This document shows, piece after piece, positions 12,901-23,851 of a stretch of DNA of 64,000 nucleotides (position 1 is the first letter of the stretch; every line of letters starts with the position of its first letter). The translations under genes and the position numbers were made by a program. The notes under the pieces were generated by a model. It searched no databases. It was not told the origin of the DNA and was given only the letters and a program-made list of their open reading frames with translations. Origin of the DNA: Phaeosaccion multiseriatum (taxonomy: Eukaryota > Protista > Ochrophyta, other classes); the NCBI GenBank assembly GCA_965112735.1, contig OZ218961.1:1984001-2048000 (forward strand). The letters are read 5' to 3'.

Positions 12901-14847
12901 CCCGTCCTGCGGAGCATGCTCAGAACGTCGGCATCCCACACATCGTCTGCAACGCACAAGCATCTCGAGGAGTGCTTATGAACGTGTCTAGCGATCTCAG
13001 AAGCAAAGTCGGAAGCTTCCCGGAAGTGCTGAATATGTTGCGGCCCTTCGTCCGGCAGCCCAAGCCCCACATTCAGACCAAAGTCGTTCATGAGCGTCTG
13101 CATCAGCGACAGGAGCATGTCAGCTTTCCCCTTCTCATCCCCCTCTTCGGCCCCCTCTTGATGCAGCCTCCCCACACGCAGATACAGAATGCCGTTCGTC
13201 TTGAACTGCTTCCGGACGTCGTCCCTCTCAATCACCGCCCGCGCTAGCTCGGACTTGCCCATCCCCCCCGCACCATGGCACACCACCACGGGGAGGAGCG
13301 GCTCGTCCGGAAGCGGCTGCTCCATCTCCGCAATCTCAATGAGTCTTCGCGCTATCTTGTCCTCGATTTCGGCTCTCGGGATGTGCGTTTTGCTGAGACG
13401 TGGGTGGGCTTGGTGCGGAATGGGCGCTTTCTCCCGTTCCTGCCGTTGGGGAGCACGCTGGAGCAACACGGCATTCATCAGACGATTCGTCTCCATCGCC
13501 GTGTCCTTGCTCTCCGTGACGAGACGATTCGTATCCATTGCCCCGCGCTTGCTCTGCGTGACGATTTGCTTCGTCTCCAGTACCGGTGTCATCAAAAAAA
13601 CAAACAAACAAAAAACAACCAAAATGCTCGCCGTGACGATTTGCTTCGTCTCCATTGCCGTGTCCTTGCTCTCCGTGACGATTTGCTTCGTCTCCATTGC
13701 CGCGGCGAACACCTGAGAGGCCATGAAGTTGCTCAAAGTCGACTGAAGCGCGTCTTTGAGCTTCTCAATGTTCCCTTGGAGCGTGGAGGTATTCAGGAAC
13801 TTACGCAGACAGTTCCCAACCAAGAAGTCTTCCGAGATGCCAAACAGTTCTTCCTGCAATGCGTGTAGCGCCTTTCGCAGAGAGCCTCGAATGGTCGAAT
13901 CGGCAGCACCTTCTTGCAAACGCCCCATTTTCTCCACAAAATCTGTCATCTCCTTGGCCTGGACCATTTTCTGCACAAGCTGGAGTAGGTCTTGCTTGGC
14001 GGCTTGTAGCTGCTCATGCTTCAACCAAAGCCCAAACAGAAGGTCGAAGGCCGGCCCGATGCCTGGCACCTCCTGGGCGAACTTGTTGGTCACGTCAACC
14101 ACAACCTTGAGAGCCTGTCCGACCAGGGCAGGAGAGCTGTCCAGCGTTTCCAGCGTTTGAATCAGGCGAGGAGCGCTGTCATTCTTTGATATCATGCTAG
14201 CGAAGTACTCCTCGGCAGCTGTTGCCGTGTGCTCTCCCTCGGCAGGGAACTCCAATCTCCACGTTTTCACGTCAAAACTGCTCTTGTTCTCGGACACAGA
14301 GGCTGAGATGAGCACCAGGCAACCTTGCCCCGGGATTTTTCTGCTCGGAAACACCTGCCAAGGGTTGGTCAAGAGGCAGGCACGCAATATACAAAGCGAG
14401 TGCATCAGCCAGTGACACTTCATTTGAGAGGGAGTGCTTACAGAGAAGGGGGTGGTGGTGTAGGCTATGTGCAGAGAGAAGGTAGCCGAGGGAGGCCACT
14501 CAAGCTGAAGAGGCGCTGTAGTTGGAAAGAGCGGTAAGTGCGAGCAGGGGAGGGAGGAAGGGCGGCAAGGACTGCAGGCAGGGCCTCACCTGGATGAGAT
14601 CTTGCAGTGGCATCACTTTCAGGTCCTGTGTGGTCCCACGTTTGGTCTGGCTATTCCTTCTCCAGAGCTTAGTAGATCCGTCAACGAGGTGCAGTGTTCG
14701 TGTTTTGTCCGTCTTTCCGCTCGCCGCCGTCTTCCGCACCTCCACACCTTTCTCGGATTCCAGAGCCTCCTTAAATCTAACCACATCCCCATCCTGAGCA
14801 CCTCCTGTCCCTGCTCCTCCCGCATCCTGGACCAGCGCTGGCTGCAT
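9999..14847 (-). CDS. NLR-like STAND protein 1: PH-like + helical N-terminal domain + 14-aa repeats + NB-ARC + 15 TPR (42-aa) repeats, ~1537 aa
   Basis: join(complement(14590..14847),complement(9999..14354)) with a phase-0 intron CAG|GTGAGG...TGGCAG|GTG. In-frame TGA TAA lie just upstream of ATG 14847. Walker A CHGAGGMGKS, Walker B CVADDVWD, LLVTTR, CGRHALAL (GLPL-like), PHELQLDF (MHD-like), and a kinesin-light-chain-like TPR array. Confidence 0.9.
10002..11939 (-). repeat. 126-nt coding tandem repeat, 15 full units plus a partial (TPR array of NLR-1)
   Basis: Consensus xEEVLPANHPxLAxSYxNLGxxLxxQGKAEEAEALYRKAMAI with an exact 126-nt period from 11939 to 10050. Confidence 0.97.
13478..13701 (-). 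repeat. 42-nt (14-aa, AMETKQIVTESKDT) coding repeat, about 4-5 units, interrupted by a T-rich insert
   Basis: Visible directly in the translation and DNA (gtgacgatttgcttcgtctccattgccgtgtccttgctctcc on +). Confidence 0.9.
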
Positions 14848-15871
14848 CCGTGCCGCTTATCAGCCCGTGCTGCTGCCCTCCTTCAACTGAGCAGCACCTT
14901 GGCAGCACCCTTTGGAAGAAGGGAAGGGGAGAAAAAAAGAAAGAAAGAACGAACGGCCCAGGCCCAGGCGGATACGGTGAGAAACGATGCAGAGGGTAAA
15001 AGCTAATAATAGTGAAGACAAGGCTGACTGCGACTTTGGGGTTGCTAATACCTTGTCCATGCGTCTACTATTTTGTGTTTTCCGTGTCAGAGATCCTGCT
15101 GCTTCAGGGGGTACGATCGTACGAAACCGCCGAGAGTTCAACCTCTGTTTCGAAGTGTCCACCTACCGGGGGGAAAATGAAGCAGGCCGTCTCGGGCCGG
15201 CCGCCGCGGCGCTAGTCGTGGGGTTCTCTGACTCTCTGACAGCAGCCACGCATGCTGTATGCTCCACCGCCGCTCGGCTGCTCAAAGGCATGCCTTGCCC
15301 AAGTAGCAAAAGCTGGGGGGGGGGGGGGGGGGGGCGGGATATCGGGGCGGGCTGTGTGTGGCCCTGCCTGACCCTTTGCTTGCACATGGCTGCGCTCCAG
15401 TGGACTGCCTCACAAAAGAAGTGCCCGTCACATTACAACATTACTCTGCGTCTCAGCCTATCCATTGCTCAGTGACTCCCTCGGTATGAGCTACGAGAAC
15501 TGGGGGGGGCTGGGAAGCGCTGCTTGTCGTTTGTTTGGGGTGGGGAGACGAAGCATCAATGTCAATAGTGCCCCAGCAAGCCAGCGGGCCAATGACTTGA
15601 AGGCCGCGGCGCCGCGGTGTCGGGAGGTGGCTCGATGCTGGACTCGCTCGGTACGCGAAGGGTTCCAAGGGACATGCGCTCCAGTCGTAGCTACGGTGGC
15701 GATTGGCCTGTGGCACGGCCTTCCTCCCTCCCTCCCTCTCTCCCACCCCTCTGCCTACCTTCCTCCATCGAACGCCCCGAAGCAACCCCTCGCTCTGCCA
15801 AGTGCGTGCCGCTGGCTGTACCACGTACCACCAACTGGCAGGCTGTATCACCAACGGAAGTACACCCGCCT

Positions 15872-18508
15872 CTACCCCTCCCCCGTCCCCTCCCAGCTCA
15901 GCCTCCGTAACCACTCCGCCTCACTCACGCACTCCACCCCCCGCTCCTCTGCCTTCTTGAGCTTTCCCCTAGGGTTGCTGCCCACCACGAGGAGCTGAGT
16001 CTTGCCACTCACTCCGCCCGTCACTCGCGCTCCAAAGCTCTCGGCGAGACGCTTGGCTTCGTCGCGGGGCATCCTGAGGCGAGGAGGAGGGGAAGGAGGC
16101 GGACAGACACACACGCACGCACACACACACACACGCAGAGAGAGAGAGAGGGAGATAGGAGGAGACAGCACCACACAAACGACACACAGAGAGAGCAAAC
16201 GGGGTGGTGGGTCGGTTGGTTGGTCGGTATCCCGTATACCACACAAGTAGAAGCATACAGAAGCCTCTCTCCCTCTCTCACAATCGAGCTTCTTCCTCAA
16301 TCTCAATACAATATCGAGCTTCTTCACATCAAATATCGAGCCCCACATGGTACCACCGCACCTCATACCGCACCGTCCTTCCTGCCTTACGTAATCTTAC
16401 CTCTCCAGTGTGCCCGTAAACACCACGGCCTTGCCTCGCAGCCACTCGCCCGTCAGCCCCTGCCCATACGCCTCTGCATCCCTTCCATCCCTCCTCCCAC
16501 TGCTCCCATCCCCCCCACCACTATTATTGGCGAATGTGAGGTGCTGAGCCAACCCCTCCACCACTTCACAGTTGGCAGCGTCGCTCGCAAACTCCACCAG
16601 AGAACCAACTGCCACAGACACCACCCCGGGGATCACACTGAGCCTCGCCAGTACCTTGCTCTGCTCCAGCACTACCGGCGCCGCCCCTGCTGCTGAGTCA
16701 CCAACTGCTGTATCTATCTCTGCCTGCCCCCTCTTCCCCTCCTCCTTCTGCTGCTCCTCTCGCCCCTCACTACAGCCCTCTTTCGTCCCTTCTGTATCGT
16801 CCAGTGCCGCAGCCGCTGCTGTGGCTTCTCTCCACCACTCCTCAAAGTCTCCTCCGTAGGCCTCGGCGGTGAGCTGGGCCGTCTTGGCCCCGAAGTGACG
16901 GATGCCCAGTGCGTAAATGAAACGCTCCAGACGCACTGAGAGAGAGAGAGAGGGAAAGGGAGGGAGAGAGGGGCGGAGACTCACTCAATTCATTCACTCA
17001 CTCACTCACTCACTGATTCACCCAATCACTCAATCACCCTCTCCCTTCTTCCCTCCCTCTCTTCCTCCCTCCCTCCCTCCCTCCCTCCCTCACTCACTCA
17101 CTCACTCACTCACTCACTCACTCATCACTCACTCACCTACTCACGCACTCACTCACTCACTCACTCACTCACTCACTCACTCACTGATTCACACAATCAC
17201 TCAATCACCCTCTCCGTCCTTCCCTCCCTCTCTCCCTCCCTCAACTCACCCTCTGTACGAGCCCTGTCCACAGCTCTGAGAAGGTTGAAGGCTGAGAGCG
17301 GCCCCCACCCGTCCCTCTCGGCCAAGCTCGAAGGGGGCATGGCGGCAGCGAGGGCCGCGTCCCCTGTCAGAGCCTGGGTGGATGGCAGTGGACGGGAGGG
17401 GATGGCAATGGATGTGGAGGGGGGAGGAGGGGGGTGGAGACGGCAGTGGACGGGGAGGGGGGTAGGGGTGGTTAGTTGAGGTAGGGGAGGGGCACGCGCA
17501 CACTTCACACACACGCGTGCGCACACACACACACACACGCACACACACACACACGCACGCACACACGCACACACAATCACGCACACGTAACACACTCGCC
17601 TTCTTGACCCGTGCCCGCTTGCGCCCCTTGCTCTTGGGAGCGGATTTCGCCCCCGCCCCCTCCCCCTCTCCCTCCCCATCCCCTTTCCCTTCCATCTCCA
17701 CCTCCTCTTGCAGCGGCGGTGGCGGTGGCAGAGCAGTGGTCTCTCTCAGCCGGAAGAGGTCGACGGGGCTGGTAACGATGCCTGCGTCAAAGAGCTCCTG
17801 TAGTTTGTTGCCTCCGATGCCCTTAATGTCCATCCCATCACGGCTCACAAAGTGCCTCAGACGCTGCACAGCCTGGGCAGAGCAGCGCAGACCCGCGGGA
17901 CAGCGGGTGGCCACTTCTCCGCCTGCCTCCTCCTCCTCGTCGTCGTCGCCGTCCTCGTCCTTGTCCCCCTCCTTCAGCTGTTGCTGTTGCTGCTGCTGCT
18001 CTTTCTCGACTGGGAAACCCTCGCCTCCTTCTCCCCCCGTGCTGCCCATATGACTGGCCGGACTGCCTTGTATCAGCTCCGTGCCGCAAGCAGGGCAGTG
18101 CGTGGGCAGCCTCAGAGGCGGGCCTCTCGAGTCGGAAACCGAGGCATTATCGACATCATCAACATCGACATCGATATCGACACCAATATCGACCCCGGCT
18201 TGACCTGCCTGGCTCCTCTCCTCGCGCTCCTCCTCAGTCGGCACAACCCTCACCACCTGAGGAATGACGTCACCCGCCCGCCTGACGACGACTCTGTCAC
18301 CCTCACGTAGACCCAACCGCTGCATCTGGGTGCTACACTGTATTGTGGAGGGTGGCCTTGCTCACCACCACCCGCCAACTGTGGGAGGTTCAAGTAGAGC
18401 CACAGGGGCTACCACTCCGGTGCGACTCACTTGCGCGACGATGCCCTGTGAGTCGGAGGTGTACAGACAAGGGAGGGAGGGAGGGAGGGAGGGAGGGAGT
18501 CAAAGAGA
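15872..18508 (-). pseudogene. 5'-truncated duplicate of the NAD+-dependent DNA ligase (OB, Zn finger, HhH and BRCT exons only)
   Basis: Near-identical to 24948-27416 but lacks the adenylation domain. A -1 deletion (~18371) gives GGG TGG TGG TGA, and there is a 7-nt insertion at ~18336. Downstream exons 17600-18325, 17250-17373, 16401-16935 and 15872-16073 stay open and keep their splice sites. Confidence 0.88.
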
Positions 18509-18665
18509 GCAGGAGCGGAGAGCGTGTGTGTGACCGCTTTGTCGACGACATCTTCACTTTGCTTCAGTTTACTCGGACCCGACAAGTACCAACACATGAC
18601 GTCACGCACCCTCCCCTCCCCCCTCACCCCACCTGCATTTAAAATGAGCCTCAAGAGGGTTCCGC

Positions 18666-21600
18666 TTAATACGCGCTGGCCCGGTGCGGATGGTTGGCAG
18701 ACACCGCCCCCTCACCAATCGCCATCGCCTTCCGGTAGAGCGCCTCCGCCTCCTCCGCCTTGCCCTGATCGCTGAGAAGGTTACCGAGGTTGCTGTACGA
18801 CATGGCCAGGTCCGGGTGGTTGGCAGGCAGCACCTCCTCAAAAATCGCCATGGCCTTGCGGTAGAGCGCCTCCGCCTCCTCCGCCTTGCCCTGCTTTCTG
18901 AGAAATAAGCCGAGGTTGTTGTACGACATGGCCAGGTCCGGGTGGTTGGCAGGCAGCACCTCCTCACAAATTGCCATGGCCTTGCGGTAGAGCGCCTCCG
19001 CCTCCTCCGCCTTGCCCTGATCGCTGAGAAGGATACCGAGGTTGCTGTACGACCTGGCCAGGTGCGGGTGGTTGGCAGGCAGCACCTCCTGATAAATCGC
19101 CATGGCCTTGCGGTAGAGCGCCTCCGCCTCGTCCGCCTTGCCCTGACCGCTGAGAAATAAGCCGAGGTTGTTGTACGACATGGCCTGGTACGGGTGGTTG
19201 GCAGGCAGCACCTCCTCATAAATCGCCATGGCCTTGCGGTAGAGCGCCTCCGCCTCCTCCGCCTTGCCCTGACCGCTGAGAATGGTACCGAGGTTATTGT
19301 ATGACATAGCCAGGTCCGGGTGGTTGGCAGGCAGCACCTCCTCATAAGTCGCCATGGCCTTGCGGTACAGCGCCTCCGCCTCCTCCGCCTTGCCCTGACC
19401 GCTGAGAAGGGATCCGAGTTCGATGTATGAGTCAGCCAGGTCCGGGTGGTTGGCAGGCAGCACCTCCTCACGAATCGCCATGGCCTTGCGGTAGAGCGCC
19501 TCCGCCTCCTCCGCCTTGCCCTGATCGCTGAGAAGGGTACCGAGGTTGCTGTACGACCTGGCCAGGTGCGGGTGGTTGGCAGGCAGCACCTCCTCATAAA
19601 TCGCCATGGCCTTGCGGTAGAGCGCCTCCGCCTCCTCCGCCTTGCCCTGATCGCTGAGAAGGGTACCGAGGTTGCTGTACGACCTGGCCAGGTGCGGGTG
19701 GTTGGCAGGCAGCACCTCCTCACGAATCGCCATGGCCTTGCGGTAGAGCGCCTCCGCCTCCTCCGCCTTGCCCTGATCGCTGAGAAGGGTACCGAGGTTG
19801 CTGTACGACCTGGCCAGGTGCGGGTGGTTGGCAGGCAGCACCTCCTCATGAATCGCCATGGCCTTGCGGTAGAGCGCCTCCGCCTCCTCCGCCTTGCCCT
19901 GATCGCTGAGAAGGGTACCGAGGTTGCTGTACGACATGGCCAGGTGCGGGTGGTTGGCAGGCAGCACCTCCTCACGAATCGCCATGGCCTTGCGGTAGAG
20001 CGCCTCCGCCTCCTCCGCCTTGCCCTGATCGTGGAGAAGGGTACCGAGGTTGTTGTATGAGTCAGCCAGGTACGGGTGGTTGGCAGGCAGCACCTCCTCA
20101 AGAACCGCCATGGCCTTGCGGCTGAGCGCCTCCGCCTCCTCCGCCTTGCCCTGATCGTGGAGAAAGGTACCGAAGTTGTTGTACGACATGGCCAAGTCCG
20201 GGTGGTTGGCAGGCAGCACCTCCTCACGAATCGCCATGGCCTTGCGGTAGAGCGCCTCCGCCTCCTCCGCCTTGCCCTGCTTCGCGAGAAGGATACCGAG
20301 GTTGTGGTACGACCCGGCCAGGTGCGGGTGGTTGGCAGGCAGCACCTCCTCAAAAATCGCCATGGCCTTGCGGTAGAGCGCCTCCGCCTCCTCCGCCTTG
20401 CCCTGATCGCTGAGAAGGTTACCGAGGTTGCTGTACGACCTGGCCAGGTGCGGGTGGTTGGCAGGCAGCACCTCCTCACGAATCGCCATGGCCTTGCGGT
20501 AGAGCGCCTCCGCCTCCTCCGCCTTGCCCTGATCGTGGAGAATGGTACCGAGGTTGTTGTACGACATGGCCAAGTCCGGGTGGTTGGCAGGCAGCACCTC
20601 CTCACGAATCGCCATGGCCTTGCGGTAGAGCGCCTCCGCCTCCTCCGCCTTGCCCTGATTGCGGAGAAGGGCACCGAGGTTGTTGTACGAGGTGGCCAGG
20701 TCCGGGTGGTTGGCAGGCAGCACCTCCTCATAAATCGCCATGGCCTCGCGGGAGATCACCACTGCTTCCACGCCTCTCACTACCATGTCAAATAACTGAG
20801 CACATGACGCCAAATGGTGTGCTCTACTCAACCCCGTTGTGTGAGGCTCTTCCTCCTCGACTGACTTCATCACCACGTCCACCACCATGTCCGACGACGA
20901 CTGAGCGAGCTCCCACGTGCTGCGCCAGTACCCGACATACACATATCTGCCACCAAGGCCGTACTCTGTGCCGCCAACCGTGCCATCCTGTTTAGAACCA
21001 GTGTTGGTCCACACGTTCCCCATGATGCACTCCCGCTGGGACAAGAAGCCAGACTGCCGCTCTACAGCTGTCTTCAAGTCCCACTTGTGCATGTCTGACT
21101 TGATGGTATTGGCAATGAAGTCCAGCTGCAGCTCGTGAGGCACCGCACCGCCATGGCCCCACCTCTCCAGCAGAGATCGATCCGCAAGTTGAGCCACTGC
21201 TTCTGCTACTGCAGGCTCGTCATCGGCCCACAACGACCTCAGCATGAGCTCGCTCGCTCCCCTGCCCCTTGGAAGGACGGCCAGGTACAGATAACGGCTT
21301 TTGAGTGGGTCAGGCAGTGCGTCGATGCTGAGTGTTAGAACCCTGCCCAGCGCGGCCTTCATATTGTCAATCGATCTATCCTCCCTGTTCTCGCCGAGCC
21401 CTTTCTTGATGTCCTGAGCCAAGTCGAGCCAGGCTTGCTCCTCATCCGGCTTGCTCTTTACTTGAGGGAGCGACCCGGCCATTGACAGCGCTAGTGCGTG
21501 CCTCCCGCACCACTCTGCAACAATCAAGATGGCCCTATACAACCCCTCACCAACATCAGGAACGCGAGTGCCAGCTGTGTCCCTGAGCAGCAGCTGCACC

Positions 21601-23851
21601 GACGCTTTCTCCTCCATGCGCCCCACCTCCACGCAGTCAGACTCCTCTGAGGGGAGCAGCCCCTTGACTCTCGTCGTGACCAGCAGCTGAAGCCCCGTCC
21701 TGCGGAGCATGCTCAGAACGTCGGCATCCCACACATCGTCTGCAACGCACAAGCATCTCGAGGAGTGCTTATGAACGTGTGTGGCGATCGCAGAAGCAAA
21801 GTCGGAAGCTTCCCGGAAGTGCTGAATATGTTGCGGCCCTTCGTCCGGCAGCCCAAGCCCCACATTCAGACCAAAGTCGTTCATGAGCGTCTGCATCAGC
21901 GACAGGAGCATGTCAGCTTTCCCCTTCTCATCCCCCTCTTCGCCCCCCTCTTGATGCAGCCTCCCCACACGCAGATACAGAATGCCGTTCTTCTTGAACT
22001 GCTTCCGGACGTCGTCCCTCTGAATCACGGCCCGCGCTAGCTCGGACTTGCCCATCCCCCCCGCACCATGGCACACCACCACGGGGAGGAGCGGCTCCTC
22101 CGGAAGCGGCTGCTCCATCTCCGCAATCTCAATGAGTCTTCGCGCTATCTTGTCCTCGATTTCGGCCCTCGGGATGTGCGTTTTGCTGAGACGTGGGTGG
22201 GCTTGGTGCGGAATGGGCGCTTTCTCCCGTTCCTGCCGTTGGGGAGCACGCTGGAGCAACACGGCATTCATCAGACGATTCGTCTCCATTGCCGTGTCCT
22301 TGCTCTCCGTGACGAGACGATTCGTATCCATTGCCCCGCGCTTGCTCTGCGTGACGATTTGCTTCGTCTCCAGTACCGGTGTCATCAAAAAAACAAACAA
22401 ACAAAAAACAACAAAAATGCTCGCCGTGACGATTTGCTTCGTCTCCATTGCCGTGTCCTTGCTCTCCGTGACGATTTGCTTCGTCTCCATTGCCGTGTCC
22501 TTGCTCTCCGTGACGATTTGCTTCGTCTCCATTGCCGTGTCCTTGCTCTCCGTGACGATTTGCTTCGTCTTCATTAACGTGTCCTTGCTCGCCGTGACGA
22601 TTTGCTTCGTCTCCATTGCCGTGTCCTTGCTCTCCGTGACGATTTGCTTCGTCTCCACTAACATGTCATTGCTCTCCGTGACGATTTGATTCGTCTCCAT
22701 TGCCGCGGCGAACACCTGAGAGGCCATGAAGTTGCTCAAAGTCGACTGAAGCTCGCGTCCGAGCTTGTCAATGTTCCCTTGGAGCGTGGAGGTATTCAGG
22801 AATTTACGCCACCAGCTCCCAACCAAGAAGTCTTCCGAGATACCAAACAGTTCTTCCTGCAATGCGTGTAGCGCCTTTTGCAGAGAGCCTCGAATGGTCG
22901 AATCGGCAGCACCTTTTTGCAAACGCCTCATTTTGTCCACAAACCCTGTCATCTCCTCGGCCTGGACCATTTTCTGCACAAGCTGGAGTAGGTCTTGCTT
23001 GGCGGCTTGAAGCTGCTCCTGCTTCAACCAAAGCCCAAACAGAAGGTCGAAGGCCGGCCCGATGCCTGGCACCTCCTGGGCGAACTTGTTGGTCACCTCA
23101 AGCACAACGCTGAGAGCCTGTCCGAACAGGACAGGGGAGCTGTCCAGCGTTGCCAGCGTTTGGATCAAGCGAGGAGCGCTGTCATTCGTTGATATCATGC
23201 TAGCGAAGTACTTCTCGGCAGCTGTGGCCGTGTGCTCTCCCTCGGCAGCAGGGAACTCCAATCTCCACGTTTCCACGTCAAAACTGCGGTCGTTCGTGGA
23301 CACAGAGGCTGAGATAAGCACCAGGCAACCTTGCTTCGGGATTCTTCTGCTCGGAAACACCTGCCAAGGGTTGGTCAAGAGGCAGGCACACAACATACAA
23401 AGCGAGTGCATCAGCCAGTGACACTTCATTTGAGAGGGGGCTTACAGAGAAGGGGGTGGTGGTGTAGGCTATGTGCAGAGAGAAGGTAGCCGAGGGAGGC
23501 CACTCAAGCTGAAGAGGCGCTGTAGTTGGAAAGAGCGGTAAGTGCGAGCAGGGGAGGGAGGAAGGGCGGCAAGGACTGCAGGCAGGGCCTCACCTGGATA
23601 AGATCTTGCAGTGGCATCACTTTCAGGTCCTGTGTGGTCCCACGTTTGGTCTGGCTTTTCCTTCTCCAGAGCTTAGTAGATCCGTCAACGAGGTGCAGTG
23701 TTCGTGTTTTGTCCGTCTTTCCGCTCGCCGCCGTCTTCCGCACCTCCACACCTTTCTCGGATTCCAGAGCCTCCTTAAATCTAACCACATCCCCATCCTG
23801 AGCACCTCCTGTCCCTGCTCCTCCCGCATCCTGGACCAGCGCTGGCTGCAT
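18666..23851 (-). CDS. NLR-like STAND protein 2 (paralogue), same architecture with 16 TPR repeats, ~1650 aa
   Basis: join(complement(23594..23851),complement(18666..23360)) with the same NB-ARC motifs. It is 113 aa longer than NLR-1: 5 extra 14-aa units, 1 extra TPR and 1 further aa. Confidence 0.9.
18669..20732 (-). repeat. 126-nt coding tandem repeat, 16 full units plus a partial (TPR array of NLR-2)
   Basis: Exact 126-nt period from 20732 to 18717, same consensus as the NLR-1 array. Confidence 0.97.
22270..22704 (-). repeat. 42-nt (14-aa) coding repeat, about 9-10 units
   Basis: Six full AMETKQIVTESKDT-type units precede the T-rich insert, against one in NLR-1. Confidence 0.9.

Noticed and set aside
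14355-14423. ORF-track starts MKCHWLMH... (also 23361-23429) as the NLR N-terminus
   Set aside because: This segment lies within the predicted intron, upstream of a good acceptor TGGCAG|GTG. Exon 1 supplies the start.
10002-20732. Diversity-generating retroelement-like mutagenesis of TPR codons (AAC>CAC/AGC/ATC/ACC)
   Set aside because: There is no reverse transcriptase or template repeat in the window. Neighbouring AAC codons (N8, almost all N18) are invariant, and position 1 varies among C/T/G bases. Selection plus recombination explains the pattern.
10055-20795. Long Arg-rich alternative-frame ORFs (627 and 709 aa) and antisense ORFs over the TPR arrays
   Set aside because: They are shadows of a stop-free 126-nt unit repeated in tandem, with no independent coding evidence.
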